From the NCBI GenBank assembly GCA_036525555.1, contig DATDAD010000030.1:12212-76211 (forward strand): DNA of 64,000 bases, in the 5' to 3' direction. A program made the translations under genes and the position numbers. This DNA is from Nitrosopumilus sp. (lineage in GTDB: Archaea; Thermoproteota; Nitrososphaeria; Nitrososphaerales; Nitrosopumilaceae). Shown in pieces: positions 1 to 10,783 of the stretch (its first letter is position 1; every line of letters begins with the position of its first letter). The notes under the pieces were generated by a model. It worked only from the letters and a program-made list of their open reading frames with translations. It had not been told where the DNA came from and ran no database searches.

Positions 1-1
1 A

Positions 2-430
2 AAGCATTCAGCAGTAAGCATTATCATACCTTCAGAGTTTCTATCAAAATCAATCTCAAACTCTAAAAATCCAATAGTCAATGATTCCAGAGTGCATACA
101 ATTGCTCACGTGCTAGTAAATGCAAGTAAGATCCTAACAAAATCTGAATCAAGTGACATAGATTCGTACTATGACAATGGAATAATCTACATATATGATA
201 ATTCTTCTGATGGATTTAACGGATGCAGTAAAATTATTTTTGATGAATTTGAAAAAGTTCTCAAAACAGCCTTTTCTTTAATAGATGATTGTGATTGTCC
301 AACGGAGAAAACAGATGAGAAGGATTGGGGAGGGTGTCCAAAATGTACATTCACAACAGGTTATTGTCAGACGAAAAATAAAGAATTGACAAAAAATGGA
401 GCAAAAGAATTTTTTGCAACCTTTCGATAA
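2..430 (+). CDS. C-terminal part of a DEAD/DEAH helicase with DUF1998 (MrfA-like) Zn-binding domain; 5' end outside window
   Basis: Frame is open from base 2. HTIAHVL, IYIYDNSSDGFNG and CDC...GGCPKC...C motifs are typical of DUF1998. Confidence 0.8.
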   Translation, partial: KHSAVSIIIPSEFLSKSISNSKNPIVNDSRVHTIAHVLVNASKILTKSESSDIDSYYDNGIIYIYDNSSDGFNGCSKIIFDEFEKVLKTAFSLIDDCDCPTEKTDEKDWGGCPKCTFTTGYCQTKNKELTKNGAKEFFATFR

Positions 431-444
431 TTCTAAAACATAAT

Positions 445-801
445 TTATTTTACAAGTTTTGATCTAAATAATCTAAGCTCATTAAGTTTGTCAAGTTGAG
501 AATGTATCAAAATATCAATAGCTTTTTCATAATCAATCCCAACAAATTTTGTCGGCTTGTCATAGATCATGTCTACCATTCCTTTTTCTTTCAATGAATT
601 TAGTAATCGATAAATTTCAGTTCGGTAAATGTTTAGGTCTTTTCCGATTTGAGTAGCATGTTTTGGACCATTTTGAATTAAGTTATGATATACTTTGAGT
701 TCATTTTCAGTTAATCCATGTTTTTTCAATATAGTCTTCATAGAATTTGAAATTTTTTCATATACACTATCATTACTTTGCTGAGCTTCAACTAAGGCCA
801 T
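445..801 (-). CDS. TrmB-family HTH transcriptional regulator (short)
   Basis: GLTENELKVYHNLIQNGPKHATQIGKDLNIYRTEIYRLLNSLKEKGMV...PTKF. Confidence 0.85.
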   Translation of the reverse strand: MALVEAQQSNDSVYEKISNSMKTILKKHGLTENELKVYHNLIQNGPKHATQIGKDLNIYRTEIYRLLNSLKEKGMVDMIYDKPTKFVGIDYEKAIDILIHSQLDKLNELRLFRSKLVK

Positions 802-897
802 ACTCTGTAATATCTAAATTGTATCAATAAGCATATGTCTCATTTTCATGTTACACATTAATGACAATAGGCTAAAAATTCAAACTCCAAGATATTT

Positions 898-1086
898 TCA
901 TTGTAATGAATAATGAACATCACAGAAGAGAACAATGCCATTAGGCAATGTTTTGGCAGCTATAGAATGTCCATCCTGCAGGCCTTTTCCACAAACATAG
1001 CACTCAACTAGACTTACGGATGTTAAGATTTTTTGAGTTTTTAGAACCTGCATATTTTGTCTGATTCTACCAGTTGTGCCATGCAT
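898..1086 (-). CDS. Small putative Zn-binding protein; start uncertain (1053, 1086 or 1161)
   Basis: ECYVCGK...LFCDVH pattern. Confidence 0.5.
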   Translation of the reverse strand: MHGTTGRIRQNMQVLKTQKILTSVSLVECYVCGKGLQDGHSIAAKTLPNGIVLFCDVHYSLQ

Positions 1087-1234
1087 GATTACAGTACGAT
1101 CAACTAGACTATAAAGGTACCGTACCATACCGTAACAGGCAGATGCCTGAGAGATCAACAATTCAAGACAAAACTGAGCAGAACAGAGTTATCTCATCAC
1201 TTTAAATAATAAACCACCAGATTTTTGTTAATGG

Positions 1235-2584
1235 GTGGACACCTTTGGAAAAACGCAAGCAAAAGTAGTACCTCTAGATTTATCTGAAAATCAATTTCAA
1301 ATTTACAATAAAATATCAAGAAACTATTCGCATTCATTTCTCTTTGAATCCCTAACAGGTCCTGAAGTACTAGCAGAAACATCTGTGATGGGTTTTGATC
1401 CTAAAGTAATTCTCAAAGGATATTCAGAGAAGGTAGAAATTATTGAAAAGGGTAAAACAAAAACCATCAAAACTGAAGACCCATTTGCGGAATTAAAGAA
1501 ATTACTAGGAAAATCAAATGATCAAACTTATCGATATCTAGGAGGAGCAGTAGGAGTAGTAAATTATGATGCAGTTAGACTAGTAGAAAACATTGATGAC
1601 ACACATGGGGCTCCTCAACCACTAATGGAATTTGGAATTTATGATGACGGAATACTATATGACAAAATACATGAGAAACTATTCTACTTTTATCATGATG
1701 AGAATAGATTTGATAAATTAGTGATAGGGGATGATTCTTTTGGAGAATTTCACTCAAGTGACGTTACAGCAAACATGGACGAAGTAAAATATTCTGAAAT
1801 TGTAAACAAAGCAAAAAAATACATTCATGATGGAGATATTTTCCAAGTAGTATTATCTAGAAAATTTGCATTCGACACCGATGGAGACAATTTAACATTA
1901 TACAAGACTCTGAGAAAATTAAATCCATCACCATACATGTATCATTTAAAACAGGATTCAAAAACAATTATCGGTGCATCTCCTGAAATGTTAGTAAGAA
2001 TTACAGGTGACAAAGTAGAAACATTTCCAATTGCAGGCACTAGAAAAGTAACAGATGATGAACAAAAAAATAATGCTTTATCAGAAGAATTAATTCATGA
2101 TGAAAAGGAATTAGCAGAGCATACAATGTTAGTGGATTTGGGTAGAAACGATATTGGCAGAGTTTGCAGATATGGAACAGTTCATCCAGAATCATTAATG
2201 GAGATAAAGCGATTCAGTCATGTCCAACACATTGTCAGCCATGTAGTCGGTAATTTAGCACCTGAAAACGATATGTTTGATGCGTTTCAAGCAGTATTTC
2301 CAGCAGGGACTGTATCAGGAGCTCCAAAAGTTAGAGCTATGGAAATAATTGACGAGTTGGAAACAGAAGCCAGAGGGCCATATGCAGGGGCAGTAGGTTA
2401 TTTTTCTTACAACGGATGTTGTGATTTTGCAATTGCCATTCGAAGCATATTCATTGAGAATGGCAAAGGGTTTGTCCAATCAGGTGCAGGAATAGTTTCA
2501 GATTCAGTAGCTGAAAATGAATTCAAAGAAACAGAACATAAGGCAGGAGCTATGCTTCAAGCATTAAAGGAGGCAACCAGTTGA
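1235..2584 (+). CDS. trpE: Anthranilate synthase component I
   Basis: FLFES, GDIFQVVLS, NPSPYMY, ASPE, PIAGTR, EHTMLVDLGRND, FPAGTVSGAPK. Confidence 0.97.
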   Translation: MDTFGKTQAKVVPLDLSENQFQIYNKISRNYSHSFLFESLTGPEVLAETSVMGFDPKVILKGYSEKVEIIEKGKTKTIKTEDPFAELKKLLGKSNDQTYRYLGGAVGVVNYDAVRLVENIDDTHGAPQPLMEFGIYDDGILYDKIHEKLFYFYHDENRFDKLVIGDDSFGEFHSSDVTANMDEVKYSEIVNKAKKYIHDGDIFQVVLSRKFAFDTDGDNLTLYKTLRKLNPSPYMYHLKQDSKTIIGASPEMLVRITGDKVETFPIAGTRKVTDDEQKNNALSEELIHDEKELAEHTMLVDLGRNDIGRVCRYGTVHPESLMEIKRFSHVQHIVSHVVGNLAPENDMFDAFQAVFPAGTVSGAPKVRAMEIIDELETEARGPYAGAVGYFSYNGCCDFAIAIRSIFIENGKGFVQSGAGIVSDSVAENEFKETEHKAGAMLQALKEATS

Positions 2585-3177
2585 AATTTTTGATCATAGA
2601 CAATTATGATTCGTTTGTATACAACATTGCTCAATACCTGGGAGAACTTGGAGTTGAGTGTGATGTAATTAGAAATGACAAGATTACGTTATCCCAGATT
2701 AAAGAGAGAAAGTATGATGCAATTATTATTTCCCCCGGACCAGGAACACCTGAAGATAAAAAATACTTTGGAATATGCTCAGATGTAATCAAAGACATGG
2801 GAACGTATACCCCAATTCTAGGAGTTTGTCTAGGACATCAAGGAATTATTGATGCATTTGGAGGCAAAGTAACTAATGCAGGATGTGTAAGACATGGAAA
2901 GACCAGTCCTGTAAATCATACAAATTCAAAATTATTTAAAGACGTAAAAAATCCATTTAGAGCAACAAGATACCATAGTTTAGTCGGGGATAAAACAGTA
3001 ATTCCAGATATTTTAGAAGTGACAGCAACTGCATCAGATGATGGGGAAGTTATGGCAATTCAACATAAAAAATATCTGATTCAAGGAGTACAATTTCATC
3101 CAGAATCAATAATGACAGAAGATGGGAAAAAAATTCTGTATAATTTCATAAAGCAAGTAAAGGAGAGAAAGGATTGA
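2581..3177 (+). CDS. trpG: Anthranilate synthase component II (glutamine amidotransferase)
   Basis: IDNYDSF, SPGPG, GVCLGHQ, RYHSL, QFHPES. Confidence 0.97.
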   Translation: MKFLIIDNYDSFVYNIAQYLGELGVECDVIRNDKITLSQIKERKYDAIIISPGPGTPEDKKYFGICSDVIKDMGTYTPILGVCLGHQGIIDAFGGKVTNAGCVRHGKTSPVNHTNSKLFKDVKNPFRATRYHSLVGDKTVIPDILEVTATASDDGEVMAIQHKKYLIQGVQFHPESIMTEDGKKILYNFIKQVKERKD

Positions 3178-4220
3178 TTTCAGATCTAATTACAAAGTTA
3201 CAAGAAAAAACAGACCTAACATATGACGAAATGACTATGTTGATGACAGAGGTCCTTTCAGGAAAAACAGACGACAATCAAAATGCCAATTTTTTATCTA
3301 GACTTGCAGAAAAGGGAGAGACAGATGATGAATTATTAGGAATGCTTGACAAAATGCAAGAATTCTCACTCAAAATTGAGCCTAAAAATCAAGGTACAAT
3401 CATCGACATGTGTGGTACAGGCGGTGACAAATTACAGACATTCAACATCTCAACTACAGCATCATTTGTGGTAGCAGCATCTGGAGGAATTGTGGCCAAG
3501 CACGGCAATCGCTCCAGTTCAGGAGTTTCAGGAAGTGCAGATATTTTTGAATATTTTGGATACAACTTGGATTTAGAACCACCAAAAATTGCAGATGTTT
3601 TAGAAAAGCACAACATATGTTTCATGTTTGCACAGAAATTTCATCCCGCAATGAAATATGTGTCAGCAGCTAGAAAAAAATTAGGAAAAAGAACGGCATT
3701 TAATTTACTTGGCCCACTATCAAATCCTGCAGGGGTAAAAAATCAACTAGTTGGAGTATTCTCCATAGAATACTTGGATAGATTACCATTAATTCTCAAA
3801 AGAAAAGGAGCAGAGAATGTTATGACAGTCAGGTCAGATGATGGAATGGATGAATTTTCAACCAGTGCTACAAATCGTGTATGTGTATTAAAAAATGATA
3901 AAGTCTTAATGAATGCAATTGATCCTGAAGTAGTAGGCCTACACAAATCATCTCTTCGAGATATTCAAATAAAAACAAAAGAAGAAGCTATAAAGTCATT
4001 TGTTGGAGTATTAAACAATTCTGCAAATCAAGCAATGATTGAGACCACAGCTCTTAATGCTGCAGGAGGACTGATTGTTGCAAATATTTCCAAGAACTTT
4101 GAAGAAGCTGTTGAGCTTGCATTAAACACAATAAAAAGTGGGAAAGCATATTCATTGTTAGAGAAGTTTGTTCAAGATACGGGAGACATTACAAAACTAA
4201 GGGAGATTAGTGATGGCTGA
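3174..4220 (+). CDS. trpD: Anthranilate phosphoribosyltransferase
   Basis: DMCGTGGD, FNIST, KHGNRSSSG, GMDE. Confidence 0.97.
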   Translation: MISDLITKLQEKTDLTYDEMTMLMTEVLSGKTDDNQNANFLSRLAEKGETDDELLGMLDKMQEFSLKIEPKNQGTIIDMCGTGGDKLQTFNISTTASFVVAASGGIVAKHGNRSSSGVSGSADIFEYFGYNLDLEPPKIADVLEKHNICFMFAQKFHPAMKYVSAARKKLGKRTAFNLLGPLSNPAGVKNQLVGVFSIEYLDRLPLILKRKGAENVMTVRSDDGMDEFSTSATNRVCVLKNDKVLMNAIDPEVVGLHKSSLRDIQIKTKEEAIKSFVGVLNNSANQAMIETTALNAAGGLIVANISKNFEEAVELALNTIKSGKAYSLLEKFVQDTGDITKLREISDG

Positions 4221-4989
4221 AAACATTCTACGAAAACTGGTAAACAATTCCCAGATGGCAATTAATGACGGAGTTTATGAAGTGGATGTTAATTTGCAAA
4301 AATCTTCCAAAGACTTTATCCAAATTATTAATACAAATCCACATGCAACATTGCTTACTGAGATAAAATTTGCATCCCCATCCTTAGGAAAAATTCGAAC
4401 TTTAACTGATCCAGTAAGCATTGCAAATCAAATGATTACAGGAGGCTCAAAAGCCATCTCAGTTTTGACTCAACCACATCTATTTCATGGCTCGCCAGAA
4501 TATTTCATAAAAGTCAGAGAGGTAATAGATGCGCCAATGCTCATGAAAGACATCATGATTGATAAAATCCAAATTGATGCGGCAAAAAAGATAGGTGCAG
4601 ATTTCATGCTAGTTATTCAATCACTTTATGATCAAAAATTCCTCTCAGATATTGATGAGTTCATAGATTATGGGCACAAACAAGGATTACAGATTTTGCT
4701 TGAAGTACACACAAAACAGGAATTACAAAACGCATTAAGGACAGAAGCAGATCTCATTGGAATTAATAACAGGAATTTAGATACTTTAGAAATAGATCTA
4801 AAAACTACAGAAACTATTCTTTTAGGAGAAGAAAAAACAAGACCAATAATGTCTGAAAGTGGGATTAATACACCTGAAGACATCCAATATCTAAAAAAGT
4901 GCGGAGCAGATGCATTTCTTATAGGATCAAGCATTATGAAAAGTGACAACATTGAAGAAGAGGTAAAGAAATTGGTGAATGCATATTGA
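4213..4989 (+). CDS. trpC: Indole-3-glycerol phosphate synthase
   Basis: [37 protein letters not shown]; position in operon. Confidence 0.95.
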   Translation: MAENILRKLVNNSQMAINDGVYEVDVNLQKSSKDFIQIINTNPHATLLTEIKFASPSLGKIRTLTDPVSIANQMITGGSKAISVLTQPHLFHGSPEYFIKVREVIDAPMLMKDIMIDKIQIDAAKKIGADFMLVIQSLYDQKFLSDIDEFIDYGHKQGLQILLEVHTKQELQNALRTEADLIGINNRNLDTLEIDLKTTETILLGEEKTRPIMSESGINTPEDIQYLKKCGADAFLIGSSIMKSDNIEEEVKKLVNAY

Positions 4990-6176
4990 AGTATCCTAAA
5001 AATGGGAGATTTGGAGAATTTGGTGGAAAGTATATTCCAGAAACTTTAGTACCTGCAATAGAAGAGCTAGAAGAAAATTATCTTAAATTTAAAAATGATA
5101 AAAAATTCAAAAAAGAATTAGATTACTATCTCAAGGTGTATGCAGGAAGGCCCACACCCCTATACTATGCAAAGAATTTATCTGAAAAGATTGGAGGCGC
5201 TAAAATCTATCTTAAACGAGAAGACCTGCTTCATGGCGGAGCTCATAAAATTAACAACACGTTGGGTCAAGCATTACTTGCAAAAAAAATGAACAAAAAA
5301 AGAATCATTGCAGAGACAGGGGCAGGGCAACATGGAGTAGCAACAGCAATGGCATGTGCCGCATTGGGAATGAAAGCAGAAGTATACATGGGATATAGGG
5401 ATACAATTAGACAAAAACAAAACGTATTTCGAATGAACATGCTTGGTTGTGAGGTACATCCAGTAAAATCAGGCTCTAAAACTCTCAAAGATGCAATCAA
5501 TGAAGCAATTCGTGATTGGATTACAAATGTAGAAAATACATACTACTTGCTTGGTTCAGCAGTAGGCCCTCATCCATATCCTGTAATGGTGAGAGATTTT
5601 CAAAGTGTGATAGGAAATGAAATTAAATCACAGATGAAAAAAATTAACAACAAGGTGCCAGATACTGTAATTGCATGTGTTGGAGGAGGCTCCAATGCAA
5701 TTGGAACATTTTATCCGTTAGTAGACACTAATTCAGAGATTATCGGTGTAGAAGCTGCAGGCCACGGATTGAAATCAAAAATGCATTCAGCAACATTATC
5801 TGCAGGAACCAAAGGAGTTCTTCATGGAATGATGACGTACCTGTTGCAAGACAAAGAAGGCCAGATTGTAGAGACACACAGTATTTCTGCAGGATTAGAT
5901 TACCCAGGGGTAGGTCCTGAGCATTCATACTATAAAGATACTAAACGAATAAAATATCATGCAGCGACAGATGCAGAAGTTATTGACGCATTTCTTACAT
6001 TAACAAGAACAGAAGGAATTATTCCAGCTTTGGAATCATCTCATGCAATTGCAGAAGCTATGAAAGTTGCAAGAAAGAGTAAAAAATCAGAATCAATTGT
6101 AGTTACTCTTTCAGGTAGGGGAGACAAAGACATCGAAGAAGTACAGAATTATTTGAATAAACATGTCAAGAATTAA
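4986..6176 (+). CDS. trpB: Tryptophan synthase beta chain (TrpB1)
   Basis: [53 protein letters not shown]. Confidence 0.98.
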   Translation: MKYPKNGRFGEFGGKYIPETLVPAIEELEENYLKFKNDKKFKKELDYYLKVYAGRPTPLYYAKNLSEKIGGAKIYLKREDLLHGGAHKINNTLGQALLAKKMNKKRIIAETGAGQHGVATAMACAALGMKAEVYMGYRDTIRQKQNVFRMNMLGCEVHPVKSGSKTLKDAINEAIRDWITNVENTYYLLGSAVGPHPYPVMVRDFQSVIGNEIKSQMKKINNKVPDTVIACVGGGSNAIGTFYPLVDTNSEIIGVEAAGHGLKSKMHSATLSAGTKGVLHGMMTYLLQDKEGQIVETHSISAGLDYPGVGPEHSYYKDTKRIKYHAATDAEVIDAFLTLTRTEGIIPALESSHAIAEAMKVARKSKKSESIVVTLSGRGDKDIEEVQNYLNKHVKN

Positions 6177-6963
6177 AGAAAAGTTTTCAGAGTTGGAAGC
6201 TAGAAACGAAAAAGCCCTGATATCATACATTATGGCAGGGTTTCCAAACGAGAAAGCCACAATATCCACCATTAGAGGATTGGTCAATGGAGGAGTAGAC
6301 ATTATAGAGTTAGGATTTCCATTTTCAGATCCTTTAGCTGACGGACCAGTTATTCAGAATGCAAGCACAGTCTCCTTAGAAAAAGGAACAAAGATTGAAA
6401 AGTTTTTCAATCTTGTGAAAAAGATAAGAAAAGAAACAAGCATCCCACTTATTCTCATGACATATACCAATATTTTGTACCATAAAGGATACGCAAAATT
6501 CATTGTCGAAGCAAAAAAAGCAGGTATCGACGGTTTTATCCTTCCTGACATGTCAATAGAAGAGTCAAAAGAATACTTGAAAGCAGCAAAGAATAACGCT
6601 GATACAATATTCTTAATCTCTCCAAATACAAGCAAGGCCAGAATTCAGAAAATATCAAATGCAACATCAGGGTTTTTGTATCTGGTTGCAGTCTTTGGTA
6701 CTACAGGAATAAAAACAGGGATTAAAAAATATACTTTAGACGCAATCAAGCAAGTTAAAAAACAGACCAAGGGAAAAATTCCAGTAGGTGTAGGATTTGG
6801 GGTTTCAACACCAGATGACGTAAAAAAATACATCAATGCAGGAGCAGATGCAGTAATTGTTGGAAGTGCATATTTGAAATTAATTGAAAAAACTCCACAA
6901 AATCAACTCGAGTCAAAAATTGCATCATTTACTAAAAATCTGAAAAAGCAAACTATTCTTTAG
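6163..6963 (+). CDS. trpA: Tryptophan synthase alpha chain
   Basis: [32 protein letters not shown]. Confidence 0.98.
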   Translation: MSRIKEKFSELEARNEKALISYIMAGFPNEKATISTIRGLVNGGVDIIELGFPFSDPLADGPVIQNASTVSLEKGTKIEKFFNLVKKIRKETSIPLILMTYTNILYHKGYAKFIVEAKKAGIDGFILPDMSIEESKEYLKAAKNNADTIFLISPNTSKARIQKISNATSGFLYLVAVFGTTGIKTGIKKYTLDAIKQVKKQTKGKIPVGVGFGVSTPDDVKKYINAGADAVIVGSAYLKLIEKTPQNQLESKIASFTKNLKKQTIL

Positions 6964-6964
6964 A

Positions 6965-7058
6965 AGAATATCGTCGGAGTTGGCGGTCAAGTATACAAAC
7001 TTTCATGGAGGGGAACGCGATTTCAGTTAATGGCCGCCAAACTAGATGTTCTCGGACA
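6965..7058. ncRNA. Candidate structured RNA (GC-rich hairpin, H/ACA-like geometry)
   Basis: TTGGCGGTCA (6980-6989) pairs with TGGCCGCCAA (7031-7040). AGAATAT (6965-6971) pairs with ATGTTCT (7046-7052). ACA at 7056. Confidence 0.25.
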
Positions 7059-7247
7059 ATATTACATAGTGAAAAATAAAAAAACAACGTTTGCAACATC
7101 TAAAATTCATTTGAAAATAAAGAAATTAATTTACAGGTGTAAAGATCGCAAATTTCTCAATAAAATTATGAATCATCTAAAATGATAATGGGTCTATTTA
7201 ATTATGATCGACAAAACATACAAAAACCAGATACTCGATTCATTAAT

Positions 7248-8849
7248 GTGCAGACGAAGTTCATTTTTGTCACAGGTGGTGTGATGTCTGGCCTTGGAAA
7301 AGGCGTAACAACTTCCTCGATTGCAAAATTATTACAATTAGCAGATCAAAGGGTATCATGTATCAAAATAGATCCATACCTCAACTATGATGCAGGAACT
7401 ATGAATCCTGTGGCCCATGGCGAAGTTTTCGTCACCGATGATGGCGGGGAATGCGACATGGATATTGGAAATTATGAAAGATTTCTAAATCAAAACATAC
7501 CCAAAACCCACAACATTACCACAGCACAAGTTTATTCATCCGTAATAGAGGCAGAGCGGAAAGGAGATTACCTAGGCGCATGTGTCCAAATAATCCCCCA
7601 TATTACAGATGAAATCAAAAACAGAATTACAAGAATTGCAGAAGATGAAAAATTAGACTTTTTGATTGTAGAATGTGGCGGAACTGTGGGAGATATTGAA
7701 TCTCTGCCATTCTTAGAAGCATTAAGACAGTTAAGAGTTGAGGAAGGACCGGAGAGTGTGATTTTTGTACATGTCACATTGGCACCATCTCTAGATGTGG
7801 TAGGAGAGCAAAAAACAAAACCAACTCAGCATAGTGTTCAAGAATTAAGAAGAATTGGTATTCAGCCAGACTTTTTGGCAGTAAGATGTACTTTGCCACT
7901 AGAAGAAAAAACAAAGAAAAAGATTGCAATGTTTACAAATGTCACTCCAAAAGATGTACTATCATGCCATGATGCAAAATCAATTTTTGAAGTTCCACAA
8001 ATGCTATACGATCAAGGAATAATGGATTCGATATTTAGAAAGTTTGGAAAAGTGGGAATGGTCAATGCATCATCTAATTGGGACAAATGGAATGAGATTG
8101 CTCAAACAATGGTAAATCATGAAAATGATAAAGTCAAGATAGCTATGGTTGGAAAATATGTTACATTACCAGATAGTTATGTGAGCGTAAATCATGCACT
8201 AAAACATGCAGGAGCAGCAATTGGTAAATCAGTAGATATTGATTGGATAGATTCTGAATCAATTACAGATTACAATATTTTATCAAACTATGATGGAATT
8301 TTAGTTCCAGGAGGATTTGGTACAAGAGGTTCTGAAGGAATTATTCAAACTGCAAATTATGCACGTGAAAAAAACATACCATATCTAGGAATTTGTTTTG
8401 GATTTCAGCTAGCAGCAATTGCATTTGGAAGGGGGGTGTTGAATTTAGAGGATGCAAACTCTACAGAAATTAAAGCAGATGCAAAAAATCCAATTGTAGA
8501 TTTGCTACCAGAACAAAATGATGTTTCAGATATGGGAGGATCATTGCGATTAGGAGCAAATGATATAATCATCAAAGACAATACAAATGCCCAAAAAATT
8601 TACAGTGCTTCAAGAATAAGTAAACGCCATCGACATAGATATGAAATCAACAAAGACTACATTCCAGAGTTTGAAAAGAAGGGATTGATATTTTCTGCGT
8701 ATAGTGACGGAGGCAAAAGAATGGAGATGTTAGAGATTCCATCCCATAAGTTCTATCTTGGAGTTCAATTTCACCCTGAATTTAACAGTAGACCGGGATT
8801 TCCAGAGGAGTCATTTTCAGCATTTCTTAAAGCAGCATCTAAAAAATAA
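7248..8849 (+). CDS. pyrG: CTP synthase; GTG at 7248 preferred over the track start at 7182
   Basis: [47 protein letters not shown]. Confidence 0.98.
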   Translation: MQTKFIFVTGGVMSGLGKGVTTSSIAKLLQLADQRVSCIKIDPYLNYDAGTMNPVAHGEVFVTDDGGECDMDIGNYERFLNQNIPKTHNITTAQVYSSVIEAERKGDYLGACVQIIPHITDEIKNRITRIAEDEKLDFLIVECGGTVGDIESLPFLEALRQLRVEEGPESVIFVHVTLAPSLDVVGEQKTKPTQHSVQELRRIGIQPDFLAVRCTLPLEEKTKKKIAMFTNVTPKDVLSCHDAKSIFEVPQMLYDQGIMDSIFRKFGKVGMVNASSNWDKWNEIAQTMVNHENDKVKIAMVGKYVTLPDSYVSVNHALKHAGAAIGKSVDIDWIDSESITDYNILSNYDGILVPGGFGTRGSEGIIQTANYAREKNIPYLGICFGFQLAAIAFGRGVLNLEDANSTEIKADAKNPIVDLLPEQNDVSDMGGSLRLGANDIIIKDNTNAQKIYSASRISKRHRHRYEINKDYIPEFEKKGLIFSAYSDGGKRMEMLEIPSHKFYLGVQFHPEFNSRPGFPEESFSAFLKAASKK

Positions 8850-9094
8850 TTTCTTGCAAAAATCATACTAGCGTTTCATTTGTTAATGCATATCAAAAAT
8901 TTCAGCAGATTTTATAACTATTATAAGATGAAGTCAAATGTTTGTCGACTGAAATTCAGACTTTCATAAAATCCACACATAGATTGATTGTTATTTGAAT
9001 CACTGTCTGTCGGACAATGTAATGTATGAGGACATTATTTTATGAGAGGCATGAGACTGCCAATCATTTTTGTATAAATGTAACAACTGGAAAA

Positions 9095-10093
9095 TTACTC
9101 AATCTTTGAAATTTCATATATCTTCTGTCGAGCATCCCTGATGGAAACTTTCTTTTTTACATACCCTTTTTTGAGCAAATGGCTCAATGCCAATCGGACT
9201 GTTCTATCAGGCAACAGAGTTTTGTTTGCCAAGTCTTTTTGTGTGAGTGCTCCCTCGTATTCTAGAGTTTTCAAGAGTAATTTGGAACTTGGAGGCATGC
9301 TAAGGAGTTCTTCTGCCAAATGCACCTTTTTCGCAAGTGCAGAAATTGCAGTAGAGTTTTTCTTTAAACGGATAATTTTTGCAGGAGGAAAAAATTGTGT
9401 GCATTCTACAGTGTTTTTTACCTTGTATCTATCCAAGCCATCCAGCACTACCTCACAGTGCAATCTTGCAGAAATATCATCAATTACAATAGAACTATCA
9501 TTAGATACGATGATGGGCCTTCTTGTTACATCCAATGAGTTAACAGAGATGATCTCAAAGACGGCTGAATCTTGAAATAATACAGGACCACCCGCAGACA
9601 TTGAATACGCAGAAGACCCGATGGGAGTAGACACAATTATTCCATCACTGTTGTCGTGCCACACTTCCTCTCCATTTACTCGCAGAGTGTGCTCCATCAA
9701 CATTGCACTTTTCGAAGAAAAAACTGCAACATCATTTAACACAGGATAGACATTTTTCCCATCAATCTTTACTCCAAGTCTAGGAACTTCTTCAACGGTG
9801 TATTTTTGCTTTTTTAAAACATTGACGTATGTTGAGAATTCTCTAAGATCTATTTGGGCTAAAAATCCACTTGCCTCACCCTCACTGATACCCAATACAG
9901 GCAATGTAGAATCAAAGGTTCTGTGAAAATAATTTCGGACTCCCTTATCACCACCTAAAACGATAATACAATCGGCTACTTTATTCTTAGATTTTGCTAT
10001 AGTGAATGAGTCAATTCCAGAATCATCTAAAATTTTTTTAATGTTCTTTGCAGCTGATTCTGTAGTCCCTGAACCATAGATACCTATTTGCAT
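9095..10093 (-). CDS. NAD kinase-like protein fused to a C-terminal winged HTH
   Basis: LGGDKG, LND, DGIIVSTPIGSSAYSMSAGG. C-terminal SSKLLLKTLEYEGALTQKDLANKTLLPDRTVRLALSHLLKKGYV is a MarR/TrmB-like wHTH. Confidence 0.85.
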   Translation of the reverse strand: MQIGIYGSGTTESAAKNIKKILDDSGIDSFTIAKSKNKVADCIIVLGGDKGVRNYFHRTFDSTLPVLGISEGEASGFLAQIDLREFSTYVNVLKKQKYTVEEVPRLGVKIDGKNVYPVLNDVAVFSSKSAMLMEHTLRVNGEEVWHDNSDGIIVSTPIGSSAYSMSAGGPVLFQDSAVFEIISVNSLDVTRRPIIVSNDSSIVIDDISARLHCEVVLDGLDRYKVKNTVECTQFFPPAKIIRLKKNSTAISALAKKVHLAEELLSMPPSSKLLLKTLEYEGALTQKDLANKTLLPDRTVRLALSHLLKKGYVKKKVSIRDARQKIYEISKIE

Positions 10094-10240
10094 AGAAGAA
10101 ACAGTTAATTTGGTTCAATAAAAGAATATTCGGTATTCTGAGCGTGCTACACCCACACTTTTGGGTTATTCCTCATATTAGATTAGGGCAATACAATCAC
10201 TCAATGAATTCAGAATAATTAATTTTGCTAGCTAGAAATC

Positions 10241-10558
10241 TTATACAAAAATTCTTTGAGTGAAAACCGTGTAAATTCCAACAATTGAAAAACCGAATGT
10301 TATTCCAGATAAGAGAACATAGACATAATGAACTCTTTTGGACAGTTTCTCTTTAAGTTGAGGAATTGTAATTACTGGAATTACTATCACAAGTAACGAA
10401 TAATATAATAATCTCATATAGGCGCCACTAAAAGATATTGAATATATGAGATATTCTTGAGGATCATTTGGTAATTCTTCCAATTCAAAAACTTCTGCCA
10501 TTGAAATTAAGAATGATAATACAAAACCTATGAAGAACAGTTTAAGGGACTTTCTCAA
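10241..10558 (-). CDS. Hypothetical membrane protein (about 3 TM)
   Basis: Hydrophobic segments; fills an intergenic gap. Confidence 0.6.
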   Translation of the reverse strand: MRKSLKLFFIGFVLSFLISMAEVFELEELPNDPQEYLIYSISFSGAYMRLLYYSLLVIVIPVITIPQLKEKLSKRVHYVYVLLSGITFGFSIVGIYTVFTQRIFV

Positions 10559-10783
10559 TTTCCGACTTGCGTTGATTACATATGACCTTCTTTAAACTAA
10601 TAGAATATCTCAAGATCTAAGTTAAGGCATATAATGCATCACCACAAGTATTGTCAAACTACTTTGCCTCTTTTTCCACATCAAACATGATGAAACTCCA
10701 TCAAGGATGAAAATAGAACGCTTGTGTAATACGCGATGTTTTGGTTTACCGTATAATTGAACTGTAATAAAAAGAATAATGTG

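Noticed and set aside
6964-7185. trpA frame stays open about 73 codons past its TAG (possible amber read-through)
   Set aside because: TrpA is already full length, there is no pyrrolysine machinery here, and the extension is Lys-rich low-complexity sequence. Chance is sufficient.
8850-9094. Possible C/D boxes or small ORFs between pyrG and nadK
   Set aside because: Box spacing is wrong and the ORFs are under 25 aa or lack a start.
10560-10783. Open stretches of about 50 codons in the spacer
   Set aside because: No usable start codon and no motif.
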